This document shows, in pieces, positions 12,601 to 25,840 of a DNA stretch of 64,000 nt (position 1 is the stretch's first letter; the number at the start of each line of letters is the position of its first letter). The notes beneath the pieces were generated by a model. It did no database searches. It saw only the letters and a program-made list of their open reading frames with translations, and had not been told where the DNA came from. The translations under genes were made by a program, and so were the position numbers. The DNA comes from Chiloscyllium plagiosum (lineage: Eukaryota), in NCBI RefSeq assembly GCF_004010195.1, contig NC_057718.1:22514291-22578290 (forward strand), written 5' to 3'.

Positions 12601-15600
12601 ATCTAATTTTGTGTGACCTTCTAGACTTTGCTGACCTGACTATGTGACCTGACTATGTGATGATAATTACATTGTTAGGACACTTTCTTGGGTTTGTCGT
12701 GTGTGCTGAACACATCATGGCCATAATTTATATCATCATTGTGGCTTTGGTTTGTCTTCTTCATTTGAATTACTAGCTAAGTGTCTTTTCTTGAAGTCGA
12801 GTTCTGTTCTTTTTCTTTTAAATTATTTATATGTCACTTCTATCAGTCACCAAAACTCCTTGTGCAAAGACCTGGAAACTTTGTTGTGTCAATTGATCCC
12901 TGAGTTGATATTGGTCCTTGGGCCTCATTCACATCAGGTTGTGGAATCGAGCTCAGCATCACCAGGGAGCTCAACAGACTGAAGAACATTTGAATTTTGC
13001 TCTGCTGTCTCAGTAGTGGGACATAGGCAGCTGTTGGCTATAACTGGCATAGCTATAGGCCAGTTAGCCTAACATCTGTCATTGGGAAGAAGTTAGAGTC
13101 TCTCATAAAGGTTACAATTGCAGACCCTTCAGAAATACATAATGTCATCAAGCAGAATCAACATGGCTCTATGAAAGGGAAATCATACCTGACCACCTCA
13201 TTAGAATTTTTCAAGGGTTATGCAGAGAATTATGGAATGGGGATAGTTTGAATTGAGACACTGGCAATGTGGAGAGAGCCAGGTATTGGGGTTAGTTTGA
13301 GGATCTCTCATGGGGCTCTCTTCTCACAACCCTGTAACAATGCCAAACAATTCCCTATACCTTTGGATGTTTAATCCATTTTCTGGATACTGTACCATTG
13401 ATAATTAATGAACCACTGCTTCACACTTACCTTTTTTAACATTGGTATTGCTGGCTGAGCCAGCATTTATTGCCTGTCGTTAATAGCCCTTCAGAAGGTG
13501 GTGTTGAACTGTCTCCCTGAACCATTGCACCTTCACTCACAAAGTTTGAGACTCAACCACTTACAATGCATCTTATTTTCTGTGATTCACCTTGTACTCT
13601 GCTCCATTTCTCCCAGTTTGCATATGTTTTCTGAATCATCTGCTGCCTTACCCCCGGTCACCCAATGCCTCCTGGCATCTTTGCATTACACTGTATTCTG
13701 TTAGTCCTTTTTTACCAGCCCCCATATCCAAATGTTCACTGCACATGCCTTGGCCCAGTTATGCTCCCTGCTTGCACCCTGTCTACTGGTGCTCTCTGAT
13801 CCCTGACCCCCTTTACCTTCCTGTCCTTTCTGTATACTCTACTAACTCCTTTATTTCCCCCATCCACCTCCCCACATCTTTCCCTTTATCCCCTGCTGAT
13901 TGTGTCCTGGTGCATCTTGTTCCCTATTTTCTCCCCTGCCTGTGTTTTTTGTTCACTGCATCTTCTCAGGTTTTCATTGGTTACCTGGTTTCCTCCTAAT
14001 CTTATCACTTGTTCATCAACCCCTTTCTGCTCTCTGTTCATGAGGCACTTTCGAAAATGATTGATCTGATCAAACTTGAGTGTTATTGAAAAGAGAGATA
14101 TGTCACCTTGCACTCAAGAAAAGAAATGCAAGAATGCTAAACTTCAAATCATCTTATGGAATTTGGAATTATTGTGTTAACGTTTTGACAACTTATCTCT
14201 CTTTTCAATAACATTCCTGTTCTGTGTTCTCAAGCAATGTTTATATGATGCAAATTAAAATCATTATAAAAATATGTTTAAGTTTTTAACCTTGCAGAAT
14301 TAATTTTGCCTTGTGCAGATGTGATTTTCCAATGCCTTTTTACTGCAGCAGCTCGACTCTATCCAGTGTTTGTGGTCCAGTGACTGTGAGTAATGCCCAC
14401 AACCCCCTTATGTTTTTCCCTGTATTAGCCTGTGCTGAAGCAAGCCATGCCAGGAGGGAATCCTTCCTCAAGGCTGCTAGAATCTTCATTGTGCAGATTG
14501 CATTAGGTTCATGTGGAAATTCAAGTTATCAGTGGCGCGCTCTAAGGGAAAGACATAAATATCTTTCCTGAGCGAGCAAAATCAAAGGAGATCAGTTCAT
14601 CTTAATGAATGTATTGCTACCGACAGTGTATTGTGTGTGTTCAGTAAGGGCTAGAGTGAATTTTTAGTAGTAAATGACAAGTTGACATTGTCGAGTGTAG
14701 AAAGCTTTGAATAATTCAAGTGCAAAGTATAATTTTATGTCCTGCCAAAGCTTTGAATGAACAGGATGTGAACATGGATGAATTGTTGACCTACACCTGC
14801 AAAATATCAATTAAGACAAGAAATACTCTGATTGATTTTCAGCACTTGGAGTCGTGAAGCATATCAATAATGGCTAGGGTGAGTAGGGCACTGTGAGAAA
14901 ATTCATTGCTTACAATCCCTAGTGGCTTCAGTTCTGTTTGTGATAATAGCATTGTAAAAAATGATATGTTGGTTAGGTAAGATGAAATAAGCTGAGAGGA
15001 GGTTTGTAAGCCCATGATTAGATTTTTGTGTTGTAAAACTCTCTAGTTCTTCTGTCTGTTCAAACATTCACTGCTTCTTGATTCAGGACCAATAATTTAT
15101 TTGTACATTGCATGCCATGTGTGAACATTTACATTAGTATTGTTGCAACAAATCTACTTAGATTGCAGGCTGATTTTTCCAATATTTTCCAACACATCCA
15201 GAATGCAGAAGTAGAAATTGAAAATTGTTTCTTTTGGCTTTGTCTTCACTTCCTCCCTTCTTTTCTGTTGTTGATTCTCTTCACTTTTATTATTTTTGTT
15301 TCATTGTGTGACACAATGCTTCAAGAAGCTTGTTTTGACGAGACTGAGCACAACAGGAAATCTGCCTGACTGCCCCCCTCCCCACTTGCCCAATCTGTGA
15401 TCAGCTGTATCATTCTTCATTATCTGGACCTAAAGTTCACTGAACAACCCATCCATGGAGGCAGCCAGACAAGTCCATTCCAGAGCCAATATGATGTTGT
15501 AGTGGATTCTTCCAACCTTGACTCCAGTTTGCTGTGTGGCTCCTAATCTCATCACCTGTTCACCAATCCCTTTCTGCTCCCTGTTCATAAGGCACTTTTG

Positions 15601-17741
15601 AAAATGATTGATCTGATCACACTTGAACATTGCTGAAAAGAGAGACGTGTCATCTTGCACTCATCAAGAGAAATACAAGAATGCCAAATTGCCTGTTGCT
15701 TCTGTGCCTGTTTGTGTATCTTTATAAAGTTTTCGTGTTTGAAATCACGGGGTTGTCTCCTGCCTGGAGTGAACCGGCACCTGGTCATTGGCAGTCCTTT
15801 CAATGCCAGAGTCCTGGGACATTTCTTCCTCTGATTGTTTGAGGAGGCATTGCCTATGATGTGCTCACCCTGACCCTTACCTGGCTCTAGTACCCATCGA
15901 GTCAGTATCTGGGCTGAAGGAAGGTGCAGGAGACAACCTTGCTGATGTTTCCTCTGAGGCAAATGTATCTTCTTCTTTAGACATAGTGTGGACTGGAGGG
16001 ACCGCAATTATCAGGGCAGAGACTGTAGGGATGCTGCTGGTGCAGAGTGTACCGGGAAGCTGGAAATGGAGCACTTCTCTTGGTTTCAGTTTAATCTATG
16101 TATCTTTTAAATGAACTTATATTTGGTGATCTTTGGCTTCCCTTTCAGAGATTGCAAATTTGGCCACACATGGGCTATATTTTCCTGAACTCACTCGACC
16201 TGGTGTAATTGTGGAAAGTTGGAGAGCGGTTCCTTATTTGAATCAAACAATGGTCTAACTCCTGTGTCCTCTGTGGATCCCAGTCTCTTTTTCTGAATTT
16301 ATCACATGGTGGGTGGCACACAAATGGTCTGAGATATGTGTGTGTGCATCCACCTTGCCATCTTGGATGCTCAGTCATGAACTTAATGTCTGTAAAACCT
16401 AAATGTACTATTTGTTGTCTTGTATAATTAGCTTGCTTGTGATGTAGCCGTTGTTAAGGAGCTGGTTTAGAATTGGAGTTGGAGTCACAAATGTCAAATT
16501 CAGATTTAAGAAGGAAATCTCTTAATGCTGAACATCCTGTTGTGTAGGAGGGATGTACTTGGTGTCCTTTTGGTATCCTCTGGTAGATATGTGTACTGTA
16601 TGATGGTCTTGATGGCTTCATGAGGTGCAATTGTAGTTGTTTTTTCTTAACATTGATCAGTTACTAGGAGCCACAGAAATCTTTGTTTCAGAAACCTTTG
16701 ATATGTAAAGCTACAATCTCCTATGTGCAAACTGAAACACTTGTCTCACTGATCGAACAAAATGCATTCCTGTGCAAAGATATGATTTGTTTGAAGTGGA
16801 GCTCTTGTGTCATTTTAGAGCTTGAGCTGCTCATGGTTAAACTAATGAAATGCTTTTACAATCCATCCACATAAGGGCTTTATTTTCTTCCATATTTTAA
16901 TTACCTACTCAACAAATTCTCATATGCACTGACTCAATGAGTCACAGGGGCTAATTAAAATGTTTGGCGAAAAGTATTGCAGGCAAGCAAATAGGACCTC
17001 ACACTGCCCAATAAGCCACATGAAAATCTGGACAAGTGGATATGAGACCAGTTAATATGCAACAGGCTCAACACCCTACAGTGGGGCTTTCCAAAACAGT
17101 TGTTATGACTCTAAATGAGATGAAAACTTGGAAGAATTTGGAGCTGTGATCTCCAAGGCAGCAACGATTGACCCTCTTCCCCTTGCTCTAATTGGTCTTT
17201 TCCTCTTCCCTGTACCAAGAGAAATTGTGATAGTTTTCAAGCCTCAAAGTGGGACCACAGTGGAAAAGGTTTGGGAAGCATTGTCGCACAGTGTAGATTA
17301 CAAGTGCTGTTGGTTGATAGAACCTGGATAAGTAAGGTTCACTTGGGCTGTCATTCCATTGTTAATAAGGTGGACTACAAGAAAATAACTTGGTAAGTCT
17401 GTACAACTCTGCTCAAAGTGCTCTATGACCATTAGTGATGGATGTTATGAGACAGACTGGTAAAAACCTTTCAGTACAAGATTTTGGCCTCCAATCATCA
17501 GTCAGTAAATTGAGCCTTTTTGCTGTAAACTATTTATAAATGAAATCTGAAGCTTTGTCAAGGACACCCAGTCCTTGTAGTTTTACCAGTACATGATGCA
17601 ATTTGGGCTGGGGACATTTTCCTAATTAGCTGACCTTGGAGTACGATTAACTTGCAGCCCCATGGGCCTAGACGGTGTCAGTATGTAACAGTTCTGGAAA
17701 TGCTGCATTGGGACTGCTTTCTCGAACCGACAGAATTATAC

Positions 17742-18063
17742 TAGATTAGATTAGATTACTTACAGTGTGGAATCAGGCCCTTCGGCCCAACAAGTCCACA
17801 CCGACTCTCCGAAGAGCAACCCACCCAGACCCATTCCCCTACATGTACCCCTTCACCTAACACTACAGGCAATTTAGCATGGCCAATTCACCTAACCTGC
17901 AGATTTTGGACTGTGGGAGGAAACCGGAGCACCCGGAGGAAACCCACGCAGACACGGGGAGAATGTGAAAAATCCACACAGACAGTTGCCTGAGGCGGGA
18001 ATTGAACCTGGGTCTCTGGCGCTGTGGGGCAGCAGTGCAAACCACTGTGCCACTGTGCCGCCC
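17742..18063 (-). mobile_element. tRNA-derived HE1/V-SINE-like SINE, near full length
   Basis: Minus strand: Pol III A box (TGGCACAGTGG) and B box (GGTTCAATTCC), central V-like domain, CR1-like tail ending (TCTAA)n. Confidence 0.9.
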
Positions 18064-18159
18064 ACAGTTAAGCGTCTGAAGAAATTAAAACATAAAAATT
18101 GTTCACAGTTTGTATTGAGTTCCATCCAGATAGTAATTGCAGCAGCTATGCAGTATAGG

Positions 18160-18505
18160 ATCATAGAATCTCAACAGTGCAGAGAGAAACCATTCAGCCC
18201 CTCGAGTCTGCACTGACCCTTTGAAAAGTATCCCACTTAGACTTACCTACCTCCCCTATCACCCCGCATTTCCCATGGAGAATCCACCTGGCCTGAACAT
18301 CCCTGGACACTGTGGGCAATTTAGCACGGCCAATCTACCTAACCTGCCCGTCTTTGAACTGTGGGAGGAAACTGAAGCACCTGGAGGAAACCCATGCAGA
18401 CACGGCGAGAATGTGCAAACTCCACACAGACAGTCACTCGAGGCTGGAATCAAATCTGGATCCCTGACGCTGTGAGGCAACAGTGCTAACGACTGTGCAG
18501 CCGTG
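18160..18505 (-). mobile_element. HE1/V-SINE-like SINE, older copy
   Basis: Colinear with 17742-18063, more diverged. Confidence 0.85.
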
Positions 18506-18947
18506 TATCTATTCAATAGTTCTCCCATGTTTTACGATTTCTGTAATTAACTAGTTAATTGACAAAGGACGTTCACAGCATGTGAACTCTCAATAAATGA
18601 TTGTAGAAGATGGCGTAATGAAAAATATTTACGTTGTTTTGAGCTGTTTCAAACACAAGGGGGAAGATTTTGACTCTGGGCAATAATCTAAAATAGGAAA
18701 TGTTGGCTTAGCCTGACATTGTACAGTTGTTTTCTTTCCCACTGGCATGGAAGAAAATATTTATTCAGAGACATATATTATGCAGTTAATTTGAAATCTC
18801 AAATTGGCCAAATTCAAAATTATCTCCAATGTTGTCTTTTTCTTACAACACTTATTAAACGCGTGCCTTACATTAGTGCTGTAAGTGCTGTAATAATATT
18901 TTGCTTTCATTGTTTTTCCTCCCCTTGCCCTTCCTCTCACACCATAG

Positions 18948-19156
18948 GTTTCATTCCAGTGTGTAGTCTGGGGCTCTCTCAAGTTGGCAGAATGAACTTT
19001 GGCAATGATGTTAGCACCCTGAAGTACTTCACCATTTGTGGGCTGCAAGAAGGATATGAGCCCTTTGCTGTGAACATGAACAGAGACATCACAATGTGGT
19101 TTAGCAAAAGGCTGCCTCAGTTTGTACCTGTACCAGCAAACCACGAACATGTTGAG
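18948..19156 (+). CDS. RYR2: RYR2 coding exon (~exon 30)
   Basis: polypyrimidine tract...ccatag|GTTTCATT...GTTGAG|gtaggg; 209 nt; [70 protein letters not shown]. Confidence 0.96.
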
Positions 19157-19754
19157 GTAGGGTAGACAGCATCTGTGTTTAGTCTCAAGTTTAAGGGGGA
19201 ATATCGTTGTCAGAAAACTTGCTGGTCATTATTTTGAGCCAAGCACCAGTAACCCAATGACAGATTTCAAACAGATTGCTTCTCTTCCAGACTGGGTTTG
19301 AATATTAACAATGTGCTTTTGAAAGATAACACCCTGCTCAGCTTTTGAGTCATGCATCTGATGTCTTTGTATTTTGTGGCTGTTGTTTGTCATATATGGG
19401 CAGTTCAGTGATCCTAACATATAAACATATGAATTAGGAACAGAAGACCACGCCACCATTCAATAAGATAATGAGACCATAAGAGAGAGGAGTGGAAGTA
19501 AGGCCATTTGGCCCATCAAGTCCACTCCACCATTTAATCATGGCTGATGGGCATTTCAATTCCACTTACCCGCACTCTCCCCGTAGCCCACATTATTCTC
19601 CATTTGCCATATTTTTGCCCACTCACTCAAATTCTTTATATCCGTCTGCGACTTCCTTATGTCATAGAGTCTTAGAGTCAGAGAGATGTATAGCATGGAA
19701 ACAGACCCTTCGGTCCAACGCATCTATGCCACTCAGTAAAAACTGCATGAGTCA

Positions 19755-20185
19755 ACCACCTGCTCAAAAACTGCATGAGTCCATGTAAAATTCTGTAAAT
19801 GTATTTTTTTTAGAAATAGAATCAGTCTAAACCTTGGGGCACAGACAGCCTCACACAGGACACCTCACACCTTCAATGCGTTATCTGAGCTGACATGGCA
19901 TCTGTTGTTAAAGTTCACTTGAGAATGTTACTTTAAAAAAATTTCTGGGATTTACATATGAAAGAACTGAAACCAACATAGTCATTCTAAAAGATGAGAG
20001 ACTTAACAAAGAATCCAAGTCTTTTTCAATATATAATTTCAGTTGCATCACACTGTAAACATCTGCTATAAATTCTGTGTCTTATGATCTTATACTCCAC
20101 AACCACCTGAAGGAGCAGTGCTCAGAAGGCTAATGCTTCCAAATATACCTGTTGGACTTTCACCTGGTGTTGTGTGATGTTTTTT
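19755..20185 (+). mobile_element. Penelope-like pseudo-LTR family B, longer 3' fragment
   Basis: Ends in aaccacctga-aggagcagtgctc-agaaggcta...cctgttggact...ctggtgttgtgtga, shared with 27707-27919 and 28185-28486. Confidence 0.7.
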
Positions 20186-20924
20186 TCATCTTCCTGATGA
20201 CATTGAGGTTTTCTGAGTACACAGCTTTAATCATCAATTTGATCACCTTACCCACGACAGATGTCATGCTAACCGGTCTATACTTCCCTGTTTTTTTGCC
20301 TACCTCCGTTCTTAAACAGAGGGGTTATATTTGCTATCCTGCAGTCTGATGGGACTTTTCATGAATTGAGGGAATTTTGAAAAATCAACACCAATGCATC
20401 CATTTCCTCATTGGTTCTTGTTTAAGATCCCAGGATAGTGTTGTCAGCTCACAGCAATTTGCTGAGTGCTGCTTCCCTCATGATTGTAGTTTCACTAAAT
20501 TCCTCTCTCTCTTCTACCTCCTGAGTTACAGCTATTACTGGAAGTTTTATGTATTCTGTCTAGTCAGGACAGAAGCAAAATATCTGCTGTGCTTTTCCAG
20601 CACCACTCTACTCCAGAAGCAAAATATTTGTTCATTTGATCTGCTATTTCCTTATGGTCTACTATTAACTGTCCATTTTCACTCTATGGAGGACCAACAC
20701 TCACTAAATTCCCTTTAAAATATCTTTTGCTATACACACCTGCTATCTGGTTTTACACTCCTTACTTTCATACTTGATTAACCTGATTAACCTTCTTATT
20801 ATTCTCTGCCATTCTTTACATTGTGATCAATCACCTGACCTGCCACTCATCTTTCTGTAGTTATGTGTTTTACGTTGAGTTTGTTGCTTTGCCTAACTTC
20901 AGTTAACCATGAATGATGAATTAC

Positions 20925-21908
20925 ATAGAACATAGAACATAGAAGAATACAGCGCAGTACAGGACCTTCGGCCCTCGATGTTGCGTCGATCCAAGCCCAC
21001 CTAATCTACACAGCCCACTATCCTCCATATGCCTATCCAATGCCTGCTTAAATGCCCATAATGAGGGAGAGTCCACCACTGCTACTGGCAGGGCATTCCA
21101 TGAACTCACGACTCGCTGAGTAAAGAACCTACCCCTAACATCTGTCCTATACCTACCNNNNNNNNNNNNNNNNNNNNNNNNNNNNNNNNNNNNNNNNNNN
21201 NNNNNNNNNNNNNNNNNNNNNNNNNNNNNNNNNNNNNNNNNNNNNNNNNNNNNNNNNNNNNNNNNNNNNNNNNNNNNNNNNNNNNNNNNNNNNNNNNNNN
21301 NNNNNNNNNNNNNNNNNNNNNNNNNNNNNNNNNNNNNNNNNNNNNNNNNNNNNNNNNNNNNNNNNNNNNNNNNNNNNNNNNNNNNNNNNNNNNNNNNNNN
21401 NNNNNNNNNNNNNNNNNNNNNNNNNNNNNNNNNNNNNNNNNNNNNNNNNNNNNNNNNNNNNNNNNNNNNNNNNNNNNNNNNNNNNNNNNNNNNNNNNNNN
21501 NNNNNNNNNNNNNNNNNNNNNNNNNNNNNNNNNNNNNNNNNNNNNNNNNNNNNNNNNNNNNNNNNNNNNNNNNNNNNNNNNNNNNNNNNNNNNNNNNNNN
21601 NNNNNNNNNNNNNNNNNNNNNNNNNNNNNNNNNNNNNNNNNNNNNNNNNNNNNNNNNNNNNNNNNNNNNNNNNNNNNNNNNNNNNNNNNNNNNNNNNNNN
21701 NNNTCGAGGTCATTTATAAAAATGACAAACAGCAATGGTCCCAAAACAGATCCTTGCGGAACACCGCTAGTGACGGCACTCCAAGATGAACCTTTGCCAT
21801 CAACTACTACCCTCTGTCTTCTTCCAGCCAGCCAACTCCTAATCCAAACCTCCAACTCACCCTCAATGCCATACCTCCGTATTTTTTGCAGTAGTCTACC
21901 ATGGGGGA
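20925..21908 (-). mobile_element. Young CR1-like LINE (RT to 3' tail), middle lost in gap, inserted in an older CR1 remnant (~20190-22560)
   Basis: [15 protein letters not shown]...[21 protein letters not shown] on minus; (ttctatg)n tail at 20925-20945; N gap 21158-21703. Confidence 0.9.
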
Positions 21909-24809
21909 ATTCTGTATTTAGAAGTTTTCTTTATAGTAAGAGCATACTTATTCTCCTTAAATATCTGCCACTGTATCTCTGTTGATCTATTTCCTTAGCC
22001 TTGTGTCCCATTCACTTCACTTAGCTCAGCTTTTGTGCCTAAAAAATAGTTGCCCTTATTTAGGTGTAAAATGCTAGGATTGATCTAATCACCACTCCTT
22101 CGAACTGGATGTGAAATTTAATCAAATCTGGTTGCTACTACTGTTAATTGTTGGTCATTGATCAATCTTGTCACATTGTAATCTGTTCTCTTTTTGGTTC
22201 CAGAACATGCTGCTCTGAGAAATTATCTCAAAAGAATTCATTTATCTCCATTTGATGTTTCCATTTAATATAGATTGAAGTCATCCATGATTATTGCTGT
22301 CCCACTATTGCAAGCACTCAATTTTTCTTCTAATATACTTTCTTATTTTCCCTGATGTCTCCACCCAAATCAATTTTACGTCCTGACCTCCTGAACACAC
22401 GGTCAGCGCTAACGATTGCGCCCATGCCATCTTTGATTAACAGTGCTACCCCACCCATTTTACTCAGCTTACTGTTCTTCTTGAATATCACTTACCCCTA
22501 AAGAATTCAGGATCCCATCCTTGTAACCTTGCAGCTATATGTGTATTGGCTATTGGATCATATTTACTTTGTTATGAATCCTCTGCACACTGTGATACAG
22601 ATCCTTTTGTTTTGCTATTTTCTTTATAACACCAGTGTAACCTCTGGCCATGATGGTTGGAGTATTCCTTGGTTTTACACTCTTTGTCCCTTCCTGCAAA
22701 TCTCTGATCCTCATTTCCCATTTTACTGTTTTCCTTTCTTGTCTCTACTTTTTGATATAGCACACCTTTCCACATTATCTTCCTTGTCCCCGCTGTGTAA
22801 CTTAAATCCTATACTTCCAATAGGAGCCGGGTTCCAGGTTACAAATCATGATTCTGTCTCCAACTTACATTTCCTTCTGGTCCAACTTTCGCATTGGGAT
22901 TGCTGAATTGGAGACACATTATGTATTATACAGCCACATAGTTGAATTTGCAATCTGATTTCAATAAACTAGAGTGAATGTTCTGACACTTATAAATTGG
23001 TATTTTTTTCACAAAATCCTACTTCAAAAAGCAAGTCAAATCTAATCCAATCAATTTATGTTCCATCAGCATGAACTCTGTCTTTGATAAAATGATGGAA
23101 GATGTCAATGACTATGCTAATAAGCACTAATTACTTTCCAGTTAATTTGCTCACCAATGGTCATTTTCAAATCTCCCAGAACCCTCACCTTTTGCACCCA
23201 TGCCATCTTTGATTAACAGTGATGCCTCATCCATTTTACTTAGCTTACTGTTCTTCTTGAATATCACTTACCCCAAACATGGGCAAAAGCTCTTAATGTT
23301 CAAGGTGAAGTGAAATTAACTGCACTTGATATCATTGCAGCATATGACCTAAAGTTGGATCAAGGAGCTCCAGAAAAAAATTAAGTTATTGGAAACTTGG
23401 GCTGCAGGGTGGGGGGAGCTCTCTAACCATAAGCCTAGCCCAAATCCTAACCCTATCACAGTTTCAGTCATGTCTGGAACAAACAAAAGTAAATGTGTTT
23501 TAAGGAGACTAATTATCTCATCCTCAGCACTTTGCCATGATAGTTCCTTAGGGCATTGACTAGGTCAGAGCATCTTCAGCTGTTTATCTTGAAGTGAGAA
23601 GTGGAGCTGTTGATTACTGGTAGCACATTCCTCAAATAATGAAATAGTCTTTGCCCACATGCAGCAAGACTTGGCCAGCATCCAGATTTAGACAGATAAG
23701 TGATATCTCATATTAAGACCACACAAGGCAATGACCATACCCAACAATTGAACATCTCATTATTCCCTCTTAAAATCCAGTGGCATTGCCATTGTTGTAT
23801 CCTTCACAATCCACAACCTGGGTGTCCCAATTTTTAAGAAATTTAAGGGGCTCACCACATAAATACTATGCCTACAAGAACAGGTGGAAGATTGGAACTT
23901 TGTGACAGGTAATTCAACCTTGTGATGTGCCGAAGTCTGTCCACTATCTGCAGAGAACATCAAGACTAAGGTGGAATACTGTCCACTGGATGGGTGCAGC
24001 TCTGACAGCACGTAAAAAGCTGGTCACTGTCCAGGACAAGGCAGCCTGCTTGATTGGCATTCCATTCACCACCTTAAATATCCAATTCTTTCAATCACAT
24101 TATAACATGGCAGTAGTGTATACCATCTATAAGTTGCACTGCAGCAACAAGATTTCTTCCACAGAATGTTTAACGCTGTTGAGTGTCCACCAATGTCTTG
24201 AAAGACAAGGGCATCAGGCCCAGTTGAACATCAGCATCTCTAAGATCCCATTCAAGTGAGACAGCATTTCAACATGGTAATAAATTCCCATTCCTTCATT
24301 GCCTCTGGGTTACTATGCTGGAAAGCAATCCCCTGCCCAACAGCACCTGCGTAGCACCTTCACTTCCAACTGCACTATGTCAAAAAGTAACTCACTATTA
24401 TCTTCTCAAAAATAATTAGCAATAAATGAGGGCTTTGCCACTAATGCTTACAGCTCATGACTGAGTAAGTAAAAGAAAAATTCTCTAACTTACAAATATA
24501 AATAAACTGACAACGCATTAAATGCCCCAACCCTTGGTCATTTTATGGTAAAAAGCTTTATGGCCAGTTCTACAATTCTAGGTAATAAGGCGAATTAAAT
24601 AAAAATGAAGTCCTGACATTTATCAACTGGTAATTGTAGAGAAAGCTCTAAGCAGCATGTCTGTGGTGGGCCTTCATTTTAAGCAAGTGATGTTTTGGTT
24701 TGCTACAAATGTCAACACATGTTACATGTAATACATTACTTTGTATTTTAATTAATATGCAAAAACTAGAACATCATTTGCTAACAATTCTGTGGCATTT
24801 ATGTACCAG

Positions 24810-25162
24810 GTGACACGAATAGATGGCACTGTTGACAGCTCGCCCTGCTTGAAGGTCATACAGAAGTCATTTGGATCTCAAAACAGTAACACAGACATTG
24901 CTTTCTATCGTCTGAGCATGCCCATTGAATGTGCAGAAGTGTTCTGCAAGATGTCCATTGGTGGTTTGGCAAATACCAATATCCTACCTCAGAAAAATGA
25001 AATTGAAGATTTTGATGCAGACTCTGACTTTGAAGTTTTGATGAAAACAGCACATGGACATCTGGCCTCAACCACAGCAGAAAAAGAGAAAGAAAGTGCC
25101 AAAACAGAGTTCAACAACCATAAGGATTACAATCAGGAAAAGCCTTCTCGTTTGAAACAGAG
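24810..25162 (+). CDS. RYR2: RYR2 coding exon (SPRY3 N-part/divergent region 2; ~exon 31)
   Basis: taccag|GTGACACGA...AAACAGAG|gtgagt; 353 nt; VTRIDGTVDSSPCLKVIQKSFGSQNSNTDIAFYRLSMPIECAEVF...KDYNQEKPSRLKQR. Confidence 0.96.
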
Positions 25163-25494
25163 GTGAGTTTCATTGCACGTAAAAACACTGTATTTTTCAC
25201 TGAAAGCTGAGCTTAAATCTTTCTGAAGTGGTAAAATGGAAGCATTCCTCTTTCTGACAGTTACCAGAGATTGAGCAGACAACATTTCACAAGAGAATTT
25301 CATACTTCATGCTTGAGGAATAGTGTGAAGTTATTTGGAATGCAGCATGGGATGGATTTTAGATTATTAGCAAACATCAAGATATATATTCTGAAGAACG
25401 GTCACTGGACTCAAAACATGAACTACATTTTGTCTTCACAGTTGCTGCCAAACCTGCTGAGTTTCTTCGGCAATGTCTGTTTTTGTTTGACCGG

Positions 25495-25840
25495 ATATAG
25501 AGCCATAATGTCATTGAGCACAGCACGGAAACAGACATTTCGGTCCAACTCATCCATGGTGACCAGATATTCTAACCTAACCTAGTTCCATTTTCCAGCA
25601 CTTGGCCCATATCCCTCTAAACCCTTTCTATACATATATCCATCCATATGCCTTTTAAATGCTGCAATTGTACCAGCCTCTACTACTTCCTCTGGCCGCT
25701 CATTTCATACACGTACCACCCTCTGCGTGAAAAAGTTGCCACTAGGTCTCTTTTATATCTTTCCCCTTTCACTCTAAACCTATGCCCTCTAGTTCTGGAC
25801 TCTCCCACCCCAGGAGAAAAAAAACACTCTATTTATCCTA
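25495..25840 (-). mobile_element. CR1/HER1-like LINE 3' end
   Basis: Colinear with 2645-2970 and 3950-4240. Confidence 0.85.

Noticed and set aside
21106..21855. 249-aa and 186-aa minus ORFs
   Set aside because: Span the N gap; the readable part is CR1 reverse transcriptase
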